DNA from: Fidelibacterota bacterium
GTDB lineage: Bacteria; Fidelibacterota; Marinisomatia; Marinisomatales; UBA1611
Length of the DNA: 64,000 nt
Direction: 5' to 3'
NCBI GenBank assembly: GCA_028338895.1
Contig: JAOLAV010000002.1
Location: 3,857-67,856, forward strand
How positions within the stretch are numbered: the stretch's first letter is position 1; every line of letters starts with the position of its first letter. Shown piece after piece: positions 20,515-30,533 of the stretch. Both the position numbers and the translations under genes were made by a program. The notes under the pieces are model-generated. The model was not told the DNA's origin. It did not search any database and saw nothing but the letters and a program-made list of their open reading frames with translations.

Positions 20515-21228
20515 TTAATCTTTTTCCTTTATTAAGTCTTTAATTCGCTTTCTTACTGAATCCCTAAGTTCTTCGATCGTTAAATCAGAATATTCTTTAG
20601 AGTAAATTGGAGCCCCAAACCTTATTCTTAAAATACCAGGTCTTAATTTCCAATCACTCTTTTTTTTTGCTTTAAAACCACCAATTAAGCCAATTGGAAT
20701 AATTGTAGCCCCTGAGTTTTTAGCAAGATGGAATGGACCTTTTTTAAAAAGCCCCATTTTACCATTTACTGTCCTTGTACCTTCTGGTGCTATTAAAATT
20801 GAGGATCCTTTAGATATCTTATCCTGCGCCTTTACTAAGCTCTTTAGGGCCTGCTTAATACGTGTTCTGGGAATTGGTATTATTCCATACCTCCTACAAA
20901 CCTGTCCCCAGAGTGGGTATCTAAAAACTTCAATAGCTGCAACGGCAGTTATATAATGATTGACAAAAGCACCAATCATAAATTGATCAAACATAGAGGT
21001 GTGGTTAAACATATAAATGTAAGGTTGCTCAGACGCGGGAGGAGGCATATTGTCTTTTATTAAAATTTGTCCACCAAAAAAACACCAAAACCAACAAAAT
21101 GGCCTTAGAAAAAAATAAAATATTTTCCTAGGTATTATAAAGATTAAAAAAAATATTAAAATTAAAACAAAAAACGTATAAACAAACCAAATTGGCCAAA
21201 TAATTAATGAAATAATGATTTTATACAT
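20515..21228 (-). CDS. plsC: 1-acyl-sn-glycerol-3-phosphate acyltransferase
   Basis: NHTSMFD (NHx4D) and APEGTR acyltransferase motifs. N-terminal TM helices. Confidence 0.85.
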   Translation of the reverse strand: MYKIIISLIIWPIWFVYTFFVLILIFFLIFIIPRKIFYFFLRPFCWFWCFFGGQILIKDNMPPPASEQPYIYMFNHTSMFDQFMIGAFVNHYITAVAAIEVFRYPLWGQVCRRYGIIPIPRTRIKQALKSLVKAQDKISKGSSILIAPEGTRTVNGKMGLFKKGPFHLAKNSGATIIPIGLIGGFKAKKKSDWKLRPGILRIRFGAPIYSKEYSDLTIEELRDSVRKRIKDLIKEKD

Positions 21229-21235
21229 TTTAAAT

Positions 21236-22279
21236 TTATAAAGAATTAAAAATTTTATGATGTACTTTAGAAAAAGGATACTTTGAAATATCTTTTTTTA
21301 AAATCCAATTATAATTATCATCCAAAATAATTTCACTATTACTTATTTCACAATTGAAACAATGCATAGTCACAGAAAAATGCGAATAACTATGTTTGAC
21401 AGTACAACTATTACTAATATTTTTAACTTTAATTTTTAACTCTTTTTCTAATGTTTTTTTTATGAATGGTTTAGTTAGCAACTTATTTTCGACCTTTACA
21501 TTGGGTAGCTCCCATAGACCTCCAAGCATCATATTCTTTTCTCTTTTATGTATCAAAAAAAGGTTGTCTTTTTTTAGTATACACGAAATTAAGGTAAAAT
21601 GTGGCACTTTTCCCTTTTTTGTTTTTTTAGGATAACTTTCAGGATTAGAAGATAGAGCCGCTTTACAAATAGATGATATTGGACACTTAAAACATTTCGG
21701 TTTCCGCGGAGAACAGATTAAAGCACCAAGCTCCATAATACTTTGATTAAAATCACCAGGATTTTTAGCCGGAATTGAAAGATTTAAAACCTTTTTTATT
21801 TTTTTTAAATTATTGACAGATAAAACTTTTATACCAAGAAACCGTGACATGACTCTCTTAACATTACCATCTAAAACTGGGAATTTTTTACCAAAGGCAA
21901 TTGATAATACTGCCGCTGCTGTATATTCACCAATGCCAGGTAGTTTGATCAATATATCCCAGCTAGTTGGTATTTGACCTCCATGTTCTTGACTGATAAT
22001 TTTGGATGCTTTATGAAAATTATGACACCTTCTATAATAGCCTAAACCCTCCCAAGATATAAGTAAATCAGTTATCTCTGCTTTCGCAACATCTTTAATA
22101 GTGGGATATTTTTTGATCCATTTTTGAAAGTATGGTATGACTGTATCAACTTTTGTTTGTTGGAGCATAATTTCAGATAACCAAATTTTATAAGGGTCTT
22201 GTATATCTCGAAAAGCAAGATCTCTTTTTTCTTTATCATACCATTTAATAAGATCTTGAGCCTGTAAAATTGATTGCAC
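21236..22279 (-). CDS. mutY: A/G-specific adenine glycosylase MutY
   Basis: WLSEIMLQQT, HhH-GPD LPGIGEYTAAAV, Fe-S loop CSPRKPKCFKCPISSIC and a C-terminal NUDIX-like domain. The ORF-track start (TTG at 22324) overlaps marR by 46 nt. I prefer the in-frame GTG at 22279, which forms a TAGTG 1-nt stop/start junction with marR. Confidence 0.85.
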   Translation of the reverse strand: MQSILQAQDLIKWYDKEKRDLAFRDIQDPYKIWLSEIMLQQTKVDTVIPYFQKWIKKYPTIKDVAKAEITDLLISWEGLGYYRRCHNFHKASKIISQEHGGQIPTSWDILIKLPGIGEYTAAAVLSIAFGKKFPVLDGNVKRVMSRFLGIKVLSVNNLKKIKKVLNLSIPAKNPGDFNQSIMELGALICSPRKPKCFKCPISSICKAALSSNPESYPKKTKKGKVPHFTLISCILKKDNLFLIHKREKNMMLGGLWELPNVKVENKLLTKPFIKKTLEKELKIKVKNISNSCTVKHSYSHFSVTMHCFNCEISNSEIILDDNYNWILKKDISKYPFSKVHHKIFNSL

Positions 22280-22713
22280 TATACAATCTTCTTTGGCAGT
22301 AGTTTTATTTTTAGGATTTCCCAATGCAATGTAGATATTTTTTCAATAACATCTTGAGAATTTGAGGAACCAATCTTTTTTTCGAGCGAAAGCCCGAGTT
22401 CTACATATTGATCATTTAATGATTGTTGAATCTCGGCACCCAAACTCCCAATAAAAACTTTTACAGATCGACGATCTTCTGAAGATTTTTTCCTATATAC
22501 CCAGCTTTTTTTTTCTAGACCTATAATTAATCTTGTGGCTGTGCTATTATCAATTCCTATTTTTTTCGCTAATTCTGTCATCTCAATCCCACTAGATGGT
22601 ATTACAGACATAGCAATTATTTGTGAATATGATGCACCGGGAATAGAAAGACGTCTCCTCACAAAGCTTTGCAAATCAATTAGAAAAGTACTTAGTAATT
22701 CACTATAATTCAT
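22279..22713 (-). CDS. MarR-family transcriptional regulator
   Basis: 144 aa with a winged-helix pattern (YSQIIAMSVI..., ELAKKIGIDNSTATRLIIGLEKKSWVYRK, DRRSVKV). Confidence 0.8.
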   Translation of the reverse strand: MNYSELLSTFLIDLQSFVRRRLSIPGASYSQIIAMSVIPSSGIEMTELAKKIGIDNSTATRLIIGLEKKSWVYRKKSSEDRRSVKVFIGSLGAEIQQSLNDQYVELGLSLEKKIGSSNSQDVIEKISTLHWEILKIKLLPKKIV

Positions 22714-22751
22714 ACTTGTATATTACAAATATAAAAAAAAATATCAACTAT

Positions 22752-23945
22752 TTAATCTAAAGCTAAGAGCTTCAGGCGCTTTGCGTGATAAAGAAAGAAA
22801 TCTTTAGAAACTTTTTTTCTTTCTTTATTACCAAGGTGCCCAATAATATTCCAGTGATCCATTTCAGTGAATTTCATCCAGTACCATTGACCCCGCATTA
22901 ATAGCTCATCTTCAAAATACTTTGAGCTTGGGTCTGGTCCATTTAATTTTGATGTCGGAGCGTACATTGAAATTGAATTAACAACACCATCATTTTCATA
23001 CCATGTAGAATCTGTCTCACTACCATTTGCCCAATAACCAGAGCGTGAACCTAAAATTTTAGATCTAGTTTTAGTGATGATTGAGGTCCCTTTACTAGGA
23101 AAATGTTGGCTCGAACCCTCTTTTTTTATTGTTGTAGATGTAATTATTGAAAAATAATATATATTTGGTGAAATTTGAAGGAAGTTATTTATCTCCTCAG
23201 CTCCGCTAAGACTCAAATCCCAAGAGCTTATATTCTTAGTACTCCAAGCTTTGTGATTGCGCATTCTAGATATATAATCAGCCCAACTTTCTTTTAACAT
23301 CCTTCTAAAGCCCCATTGCTCAAGATCAAAACTATAAAAATCAGTCCCAACTACACCCGCAATACCAACAAAATACTGTATGAATGGAATTGTTTTCCTA
23401 ACTATTTCAGCAAGTGTTGTTCCATTGTGAGGGGTAGAAATTGAAGTGATACTTAAAATTGCATGATTGGTAACTCCACCTAAAAGCTTGGAATCTTCCA
23501 ATAAATCTTCATTTTCATAAATATTTTGAGTTAAGAGATAATCAAGCATTCTTGCTGTTTGACCTCCCATACTATGCCCAATTAAATGGATTGGATTTGA
23601 GGCATCCCACTGAGGATATAATCCTTTATAATTTTTATTTTTAGGCTTCTGAATAATACTATATTTTTTAGAATGATTTTTGCCATAATCAACCTGCCCT
23701 CCCTTCAATTGATAGTATACTTCAACTGCGCGTTCCCAGTTTGATGATACAGGACCTACTGAGACCTCATAAACATTGTGACCTTGATCGGTAAGCATTT
23801 GAACATAGTCGCTTTTCCCACCCCAATAATTATAATTCCCCATCTCGTCTTCCCCCCATCCCATAAAGCCATGGATTAAGACAATTGGACAACTATTCTT
23901 CGCAACAATAAAACCTAGCATTAACAAAAACCGTATTAGAATCAT
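22752..23945 (-). CDS. Secreted triacylglycerol lipase resembling Firmicutes family I.5/I.6 (Geobacillus/Staphylococcus type)
   Basis: PIVLIHGFMGWG, YWGG, SNWERAVEVYYQLKGGQVDYG, nucleophile elbow GHSMGGQTARML, and Asp/His contexts ENDGVVN and MDHWNIIG. Hydrophobic N-terminus. Confidence 0.85.
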   Translation of the reverse strand: MILIRFLLMLGFIVAKNSCPIVLIHGFMGWGEDEMGNYNYWGGKSDYVQMLTDQGHNVYEVSVGPVSSNWERAVEVYYQLKGGQVDYGKNHSKKYSIIQKPKNKNYKGLYPQWDASNPIHLIGHSMGGQTARMLDYLLTQNIYENEDLLEDSKLLGGVTNHAILSITSISTPHNGTTLAEIVRKTIPFIQYFVGIAGVVGTDFYSFDLEQWGFRRMLKESWADYISRMRNHKAWSTKNISSWDLSLSGAEEINNFLQISPNIYYFSIITSTTIKKEGSSQHFPSKGTSIITKTRSKILGSRSGYWANGSETDSTWYENDGVVNSISMYAPTSKLNGPDPSSKYFEDELLMRGQWYWMKFTEMDHWNIIGHLGNKERKKVSKDFFLYHAKRLKLLALD

Positions 23946-24856
23946 AATTTCAAAGGAATACTTACTTCCAGGCCATGTACTGAAATCCCAGTACCATAAA
24001 TAAAGTTTGCATAATTGACCTCTAAAGAATAAAAGTTATAACCAAAGCCAAACCCAGTTGCTCCTAAGATTGATTTTGTTAAACTTTCTCCTACGTCTTG
24101 ATTCAACTTTCTAGAGGACGTTCCAATTTTAAATTTTAATTGATCGGTTATAGTAAAAACTAGGCCTAAAAAGTTTTCTACCCCTGGAGTCCCCTGGAGC
24201 ATAATTGTGTCAAAATATATATTTAAAGGTAAATGTTTTAGTTCTTTTGATGCACTAAAAACTAGTTTAGTATCCATATCAATTTGCGCCTTTTTATCAA
24301 ATTCTTTACCTAGCTGATGGATAGATACCCCTAATTCTGAGCCGCCTTTATTAAGTCTTAAAATTGTTCCAAAAGAGAATTCAACTAAATATACTTCTTT
24401 TATGCCTAATGAAGATTTAAATATTTGACTACTAATTCCAATTCTTAATGGACTTTTAAATATGTTCTTCGAATATGTTCCCCTAATCCATAGATCATTC
24501 ACATTGTAATCATTATTTTTTTCAAAAGATTCATTGTAACCTTGAAAAATACCATATGATACGTGTCGAATTGAGAAGGTCCCAAACCCTTTATATACTG
24601 GAAATCCGATTCCAATACTTTCACTCGTTATTAGTGCTGGGTACTTAAGAATTGCGCTCGAAAATATTTTTTTTTCGAAATTAAATGCGGGGTTTAATTT
24701 AGATGAAATAATCGATGGTCTTAGATAACCAGCGCCACCTAAGGATAATTCCTCAGTAGAAGTAAAAACATCATAAGAAGGGAATGAGGTTTTTGCTTTA
24801 ACAAGAGGGTATGGTGAATAAAAATAGAGCATTATTATTATAAAAATAATACGCAT
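23942..24856 (-). CDS. Hypothetical outer-membrane beta-barrel protein (possibly the FadL/PorV-like clan)
   Basis: Signal-like N-terminus, an early SLGGAGY...NPAF motif reminiscent of FadL/PorV-type barrels, and an alternating beta pattern. TAATG junction with priA and ATGA junction with the lipase. Confidence 0.45.
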   Translation of the reverse strand: MRIIFIIIMLYFYSPYPLVKAKTSFPSYDVFTSTEELSLGGAGYLRPSIISSKLNPAFNFEKKIFSSAILKYPALITSESIGIGFPVYKGFGTFSIRHVSYGIFQGYNESFEKNNDYNVNDLWIRGTYSKNIFKSPLRIGISSQIFKSSLGIKEVYLVEFSFGTILRLNKGGSELGVSIHQLGKEFDKKAQIDMDTKLVFSASKELKHLPLNIYFDTIMLQGTPGVENFLGLVFTITDQLKFKIGTSSRKLNQDVGESLTKSILGATGFGFGYNFYSLEVNYANFIYGTGISVHGLEVSIPLKL

Positions 24857-27093
24857 TAAATTAAACTCAGTGGATCAAAATGAATGTTAATTCGATTTTG
24901 CCGAGATGGAAAATTTTTATTAAACCTTTCCATATTTTCTTCAATAAAAGAATGTAATAATTTCCCATTAATATCAATTTTTTTTAAGGATTTTAAAACT
25001 ATCTGATACCTGTACCTATTTTTAACTCTTTCTAAATAGCATGGCACAGGGCCCAATATTTCAAGCCCTCCATATCTATTTTCAAAGTTGTCTAGTATCG
25101 TATTTGCTTGATTATTAACCGAATCTCTAGAGGCTCCTGTTATCTCTATTTTTGCCAACCAGCTATAAGGGGGGTAGTTAAGTTCTTCGCGTTCTTGTAA
25201 TATAATATTATAGTATTTCAAAACATCCAGTTCAGATGCATTATTTATCACCGGGTTATCTGGTGCATAAGTTTGGATTACAACCTCACCTTTTTTATCT
25301 TTTCGTCCTGCTCTACCAGATGCTTGATAAATAAGCTGAAAAATCCTTTCACCTGATCTAAAATCTGGAATATATAAACCTAAATCTGCGTTTATTATAC
25401 CAACAAGCGTTGTATTGGGAAAATCTAATCCTTTCGCAATCATTTGAGTCCCTAAAAGAATATCAATATCTCCTTTTGCAAAAGATTTCAAAATCGAAGT
25501 TATTCCTAAACCTGTTTTTGATGTATCCATATCTAAACGAGCTATTCTAACATCGCCAAACGTATCTTTTATTAGATGTTCTACTTTTTGAGTTCCAGTT
25601 CCTTTATATAAAAGATTTGTGCTCTTACATTCAGAACAACATTTATCCAGAGAGCTCTCTTTATGCCCGCAATAATGACAAAGAAGTTGGAGGTTTTTCT
25701 GATGATATGTTAACGCAACATTGCATTGATGACAATTAAGAATCTCTCCACAATCAGAGCATCTAATAACAGGTGAATACCCCCTACGATTGTGTAGTAA
25801 GATAATCTGTTCATTTTTACTTAACCGGTCTTCTATTTTATCTTGAAGCAAGCCAGAAATTACCTGCCCATATTTACCAGATTCTTTTTGCTCTGATAAC
25901 ATATCGACTAGATGAACAGTCGGGTATTCCGCGACTCCAAACCTTTCTGGTAAATGTAGGTATTTTAACTTATTCTGTTTATAGTTATAATAACTCTCAA
26001 GGCTCGGTGTCGCACTCGCAAGCACTACAATAGATTTTTCAAAAGTCCCTCTTACAAGGGCAACATCGCGAGCATGATATCTAGGTTCAGGTGAGTCTTG
26101 CCTAAAAGAAGACTCTTGTTCTTCATCTATTACAATTAATCCTAAGTTTTTTAATGGTGAAAAGATCGCGCTCCTTGCTCCAATAACTACTTTAAAGCTA
26201 CCTTTACAAATTTGAGTCCATGTCCAAGACCTCTGAGATTGTGTTAATTTAGAATGCCAGAGTGCAATTTGATCTCCAAAAACAGACTTGAACCTTCCTG
26301 CTATTTGTGGAGTTAAAGAGATTTCAGGAAGTAAAATAATCGCAGTTTTCCCACTCAGTAAACAATGCCTTACAGCATCTATATAAATTTCGGTTTTTCC
26401 ACTCCCTGTTACACCATGTAAAAGGAAAGATTCAAATTTATTTTTATCAATAGATTTAATTATTGATTTTAAAACATTTTTTTGTTTTTCATTAAAAATA
26501 ACATCTTTATGAATCGGGTCAAAAATAAATCCAGTTGCATCGGGTAATAACGTCTTTTCAATTAGTTTTACTAAACCTATTTTTTCAAGGCTTTTACAAA
26601 TCGCCATAGGGCTTGAGCAGTATTTACTTAAATCCCCTACTTTGATAATTATATTATTATTTATTAGGTGATTAAAAACAGTATATTGTTTTGGTGCTCG
26701 CTTTTTTAAAAGGATTAGATTCTTTTTATCATAATTTTCAACAACCTTCACATACCAACATATTGGAGGTTTATAACGTGTTGATAGAGTTTTGGGAAAA
26801 ACAGCTTTAGCTACTTTACCGATAGGAGTTAAATAATAAGTACTTATCCATTTTATCAAACTCCAAAGCTCTGGAGTCATAATAGATAAATCATCTACTA
26901 TACTTGCAATCTCTTTTAAATGGCCTTTAAATGAGACCGATAACTGTAGTTCTGTAACAATTCCTTTTACTATTCTTTTCCCAAAAGGTACTTCTACTCT
27001 AGTACCAACTTGAATATTTTCTTTCAGATTTTTAGGTATGATATAACTAAAAGTTTTAAAACCAGAAATTGGGAAAGCAACTTTAGCGAACAT
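24856..27093 (-). CDS. priA: Primosomal protein N' (replication restart helicase PriA)
   Basis: Walker A GVTGSGKT, VIDEEQE box, and the Cys-rich zinc region CSDCGEILNCHQCNVALTYH...CHYCGH...CSECKS. Confidence 0.95.
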   Translation of the reverse strand: MFAKVAFPISGFKTFSYIIPKNLKENIQVGTRVEVPFGKRIVKGIVTELQLSVSFKGHLKEIASIVDDLSIMTPELWSLIKWISTYYLTPIGKVAKAVFPKTLSTRYKPPICWYVKVVENYDKKNLILLKKRAPKQYTVFNHLINNNIIIKVGDLSKYCSSPMAICKSLEKIGLVKLIEKTLLPDATGFIFDPIHKDVIFNEKQKNVLKSIIKSIDKNKFESFLLHGVTGSGKTEIYIDAVRHCLLSGKTAIILLPEISLTPQIAGRFKSVFGDQIALWHSKLTQSQRSWTWTQICKGSFKVVIGARSAIFSPLKNLGLIVIDEEQESSFRQDSPEPRYHARDVALVRGTFEKSIVVLASATPSLESYYNYKQNKLKYLHLPERFGVAEYPTVHLVDMLSEQKESGKYGQVISGLLQDKIEDRLSKNEQIILLHNRRGYSPVIRCSDCGEILNCHQCNVALTYHQKNLQLLCHYCGHKESSLDKCCSECKSTNLLYKGTGTQKVEHLIKDTFGDVRIARLDMDTSKTGLGITSILKSFAKGDIDILLGTQMIAKGLDFPNTTLVGIINADLGLYIPDFRSGERIFQLIYQASGRAGRKDKKGEVVIQTYAPDNPVINNASELDVLKYYNIILQEREELNYPPYSWLAKIEITGASRDSVNNQANTILDNFENRYGGLEILGPVPCYLERVKNRYRYQIVLKSLKKIDINGKLLHSFIEENMERFNKNFPSRQNRINIHFDPLSLI

Positions 27094-27130
27094 TCTTTTT
27101 ATTTATATATAATTGAATCTCATCAGTAAT

Positions 27131-27166
27131 AAAAAACCCCTAAAAATAATACTTTAACGATAGGGG
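27131..27166 (-). terminator. Probable intrinsic terminator after rplI
   Basis: Stem CCCCTA (27137-27142) / TAGGGG (27161-27166). On the minus strand it is followed by T6 (plus A-run 27131-27136). The 18-nt loop is large, hence moderate confidence. Confidence 0.5.
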
Positions 27167-27187
27167 CTTTAGAATTGAATATATTTA

Positions 27188-27631
27188 TTATGATTTAATT
27201 ACATATATTTTAACATCACCGCTTAATTCTGATGTAACTCTTATTGGCACATGGTAAATCCCAAGTGCTTTGATAGGATTTTCTAAAGAAATCGAGCTAC
27301 GATCAACAGTAATACCTTTTGCTTCTAATGATTTTTGAATATCAATAGTTGTAATAGAACCAAACATTTTTTCTTCTTCACCAACCTGCGCTTCAATTGT
27401 TATTTCAATATTTGATAGTTTTTTTGCAATTTTTTCATGAGCCGCAACCTCTCGAACTGAACGATTCTTTTCGATTTGTTTTTTCTCTATTGATATCGCT
27501 AGGTTTTTCTTTGAAGCCCGCAAGCCAATACCTTCTGGGATTAATTTATTTCTAGCATACCCAGGTTTCACACTAACAATATCTCCTGCACTACCAAGTC
27601 CTTCATAATTTTTCAATAATATAATATCCAT
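27188..27631 (-). CDS. rplI: 50S ribosomal protein L9
   Basis: MDIILLKNYEGLGSAGDIVSVKPGYARN N-terminus and the two-domain layout. Follows rpsR. Confidence 0.95.
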   Translation of the reverse strand: MDIILLKNYEGLGSAGDIVSVKPGYARNKLIPEGIGLRASKKNLAISIEKKQIEKNRSVREVAAHEKIAKKLSNIEITIEAQVGEEEKMFGSITTIDIQKSLEAKGITVDRSSISLENPIKALGIYHVPIRVTSELSGDVKIYVIKS

Positions 27632-27642
27632 ATTAACCCCTT

Positions 27643-27870
27643 TTATTCTATTCCTCTTTCAACATACGGCATCAATGCAATCGAGCGAGAACGCTTAATG
27701 GCTCTAACTAATTTACGATGCATTTTTGCACTAGTACCTGTGATCCTTCGTGGCATAATCTTACCTTGATCATTTACAAACCTGCGTAGCAACTTGACAT
27801 CTTTATAGTCTATATCATGAATACCATTTTCTTTAAAATAACAAAATTTATTTCTATTTTGAAACGCCAT
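27643..27870 (-). CDS. rpsR: 30S ribosomal protein S18
   Basis: [22 protein letters not shown]...K.QR.L..AIKR.R..AL.PY pattern. Length 75 aa. Confidence 0.95.
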   Translation of the reverse strand: MAFQNRNKFCYFKENGIHDIDYKDVKLLRRFVNDQGKIMPRRITGTSAKMHRKLVRAIKRSRSIALMPYVERGIE

Positions 27871-28340
27871 TATTTAACCTCCCCTGATACAACTTTTTCT
27901 ACTTTTAAAGGCTCTTTCTCTTTTGTAGAATTTTCTTTTTCAACTTTTTTATTTTTTTCTTCTTTAGTCTCAGATACATCTTTTTTCAATTCTGTATCAT
28001 TTGATTTAGAAGATTCTTCTTTCTTTACCTCTTCAACGTGAACTTCGGGCTTTGAATCTAATGTTACTGTCATGTGCCGAATAATTGAGTTATTTAACTT
28101 CATTAAGGTCATAAACTCAACCATTTTAACTTGATCTCCTTCTTCGAATTGCATTAAAACAAAAGTTCCATATTTTTGTTTATTTATTGGGTATGCAAGT
28201 CTTTTTTTACCCCAAACTCTATGATTGATTAATTTAGATCCTGTCTTCTCTAATTGTTGACCAACTTCAGTTTTTAAGCTTTCTAAAACTTGATTTTCTA
28301 AATTTGGATCTACAATATATATTGTTTCATAATACCGCAT
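27870..28340 (-). CDS. rpsF: 30S ribosomal protein S6 with a roughly 55-aa K/E-rich C-terminal extension
   Basis: [11 protein letters not shown]-terminus and GKKRLAYPI motif. GGAG SD upstream. 1-nt junction with rpsR. Confidence 0.9.
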   Translation of the reverse strand: MRYYETIYIVDPNLENQVLESLKTEVGQQLEKTGSKLINHRVWGKKRLAYPINKQKYGTFVLMQFEEGDQVKMVEFMTLMKLNNSIIRHMTVTLDSKPEVHVEEVKKEESSKSNDTELKKDVSETKEEKNKKVEKENSTKEKEPLKVEKVVSGEVK

Positions 28341-28356
28341 AATATCTCCTTGTCCT

Positions 28357-30513
28357 TTAGCCGACTAGCAGCGGTGCAATGACCAGTGAAACCACTGACA
28401 TTAGTTTAATTAAAATATTTAATGATGGACCCGATGTATCTTTAAAAGGGTCTCCAACAGTATCGCCTACAACAGCTGCTTTATGAGCATCTGATCCTTT
28501 AATAATTTTTTCACCATTGACAGTTACTCCTTCTTCAATCATTTTTTTTGCATTATCCCAAGCTCCCCCTGAGTTTGACTGAAAAATCGCCATTAATACT
28601 CCGCAAACAGTAACTCCTGCCAGTAACCCCCCTAAGGTTTCAGGACCAAAAAGAAATCCTACAATAACAGGACTTGTAACGGCTAAAACTCCTGGAGCAA
28701 CCATTTCTTTAATAGCTGACTGTGTGGATATCTCAACACAACGCCCATGCTCTGCTTTATCTAAAGCATCTTCATATAAAAGACGATCGCTATCATTCCA
28801 GTTTTTTTCTTCTTTCAAACTCATTAATTCTAGAGCCTTTTTTAATTCAGGTATATCTCTAAATTGACGACGCACTTCTTCAATCATTGCCATCGCAGCT
28901 CTACCAACAGCACTCATAGCCATTGATGAGAATAGGAATGGTAACATTCCACCAACAAATAATCCAGCCATTACATTTGGTTTAGAAATATCTATACTCG
29001 AAATACCAGTTTTAACCATAAAAGCAGCAAATAAAGCCAAAGCAGTTAGTGCTGCCGAGCCAATTGCAAAACCCTTACCGATTGCCGCAGTCGTATTTCC
29101 AACCGCATCTAATTTATCGGTTCTTTCTCTTACTTCTTTTGGAAGGCCAGCCATTTCTGCAATTCCTCCAGCATTATCTGATATTGGTCCATAAGCATCT
29201 ACAGCAAGTTGGATTCCTGTATTTGCAAGCATTCCTAATGCTGCCATAGCAATCCCATAAAGCCCCGCAAAGTGATGTGCTCCATATATAGCCGCAGCAA
29301 TAATCAAAGTAGGAACCGCAGTTGATTGCATACCAATAGCAAGACCCGCAATTATATTTGTTGCCGGCCCAGTTAAAGATTGATCAACAATGGATTTGAC
29401 CGGAGAGGTTCCAGTACCCGTATAATGTTCCGTAACTAAGCCAATACCAAGGCCTGAAAAAAGACCAATTACTGTGGCATAAAAGACTCCCATCTGAGAA
29501 TATTGCACCCCTTGTTGGATAAAAGTTTCAGGTAAGAACTCTCTAATCAAAAAGAAGATTCCTGCAACCATTATAATAGCACTTCCGAACTCACCCCGAT
29601 TAAGTGCTTTTTGAGGATCACCACCTTCTTTTACAGAAACCATAAAAGTACCAATTATAGAAACAACTATTCCAGCAGCAGCAATAAAAAGAGGTAAAAT
29701 AATAAAGTTAATATCGAAAGACCCTGGAGCACCATAAACGATTATACTAGAACCCAAGACCATTGCGCCAAGAATTGATCCAATATAAGACTCAAATAAA
29801 TCAGCACCCATACCAGCCACATCACCAACATTATCACCAACATTATCAGCTATTGTTGCGGGGTTTAAAGGATGATCTTCAGGGATACCAGCTTCTACTT
29901 TACCAACTAGGTCAGCTCCAACATCAGCAGCTTTTGTATAAATCCCACCTCCAACTCGTGCAAATAAAGCAATAGAAGAAGCTCCGAGTGAAAACCCAGA
30001 GATAACATTCAGGACTTTTCCGATATTTTCTTTTTCAAAACCAAATTGCCCGGTATAAAAAATAAACAAACTCGTAAGCCCCAGGACACCTAAACCGACA
30101 ACACAGAGCCCCATTACTGAGCCACCACTAAAAGCAACATTTAAAGCTTTTGATAAGCTCTCTTGAGCAGCATTTGTTGTTCTATTATTTGCTTTTGTAG
30201 CCACCCTCATTCCTAAAAATCCCGCAAGACCAGAGGCCAACGCACCGATGATAAATGAGAAGGAAATATATAAACTTGAATCTGCTCTGCCGTTATTGGC
30301 AAAGCCCAACAAAATTGCGACAAAGACTACAAAAATGGCTAAAACTCTGTATTCTGCCTTCAAAAAAGACATTGCTCCTTCGGCAATACTAGCTCCGATA
30401 GATTTCATTCTTGCATTACCTTCATCCTGAGCCTCAATCCAACGTGTTTTCCAGAAAGCGTATAGCATTGCAAGTACACCCGCTCCAAGAACAATTGTTA
30501 AATCATATTTCAT
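28357..30513 (-). CDS. hppA: Membrane-integral ion-translocating pyrophosphatase (K+-dependent type)
   Basis: 718 aa, polytopic. Motifs are [38 protein letters not shown] and [20 protein letters not shown]. Confidence 0.95.
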   Translation of the reverse strand: MKYDLTIVLGAGVLAMLYAFWKTRWIEAQDEGNARMKSIGASIAEGAMSFLKAEYRVLAIFVVFVAILLGFANNGRADSSLYISFSFIIGALASGLAGFLGMRVATKANNRTTNAAQESLSKALNVAFSGGSVMGLCVVGLGVLGLTSLFIFYTGQFGFEKENIGKVLNVISGFSLGASSIALFARVGGGIYTKAADVGADLVGKVEAGIPEDHPLNPATIADNVGDNVGDVAGMGADLFESYIGSILGAMVLGSSIIVYGAPGSFDINFIILPLFIAAAGIVVSIIGTFMVSVKEGGDPQKALNRGEFGSAIIMVAGIFFLIREFLPETFIQQGVQYSQMGVFYATVIGLFSGLGIGLVTEHYTGTGTSPVKSIVDQSLTGPATNIIAGLAIGMQSTAVPTLIIAAAIYGAHHFAGLYGIAMAALGMLANTGIQLAVDAYGPISDNAGGIAEMAGLPKEVRERTDKLDAVGNTTAAIGKGFAIGSAALTALALFAAFMVKTGISSIDISKPNVMAGLFVGGMLPFLFSSMAMSAVGRAAMAMIEEVRRQFRDIPELKKALELMSLKEEKNWNDSDRLLYEDALDKAEHGRCVEISTQSAIKEMVAPGVLAVTSPVIVGFLFGPETLGGLLAGVTVCGVLMAIFQSNSGGAWDNAKKMIEEGVTVNGEKIIKGSDAHKAAVVGDTVGDPFKDTSGPSLNILIKLMSVVSLVIAPLLVG

Positions 30514-30533
30514 TTAATTATATCACTCCTTAA

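Noticed and set aside
27643-28340. rpsF is followed directly by rpsR with no ssb/priB gene between them, and S6 has a long K/E-rich tail.
   Set aside because: The absence of ssb from the S6-S18-L9 operon is common in several bacterial lineages, and charged tails on S6 are frequent. I treat it as an ordinary variant rather than a finding.
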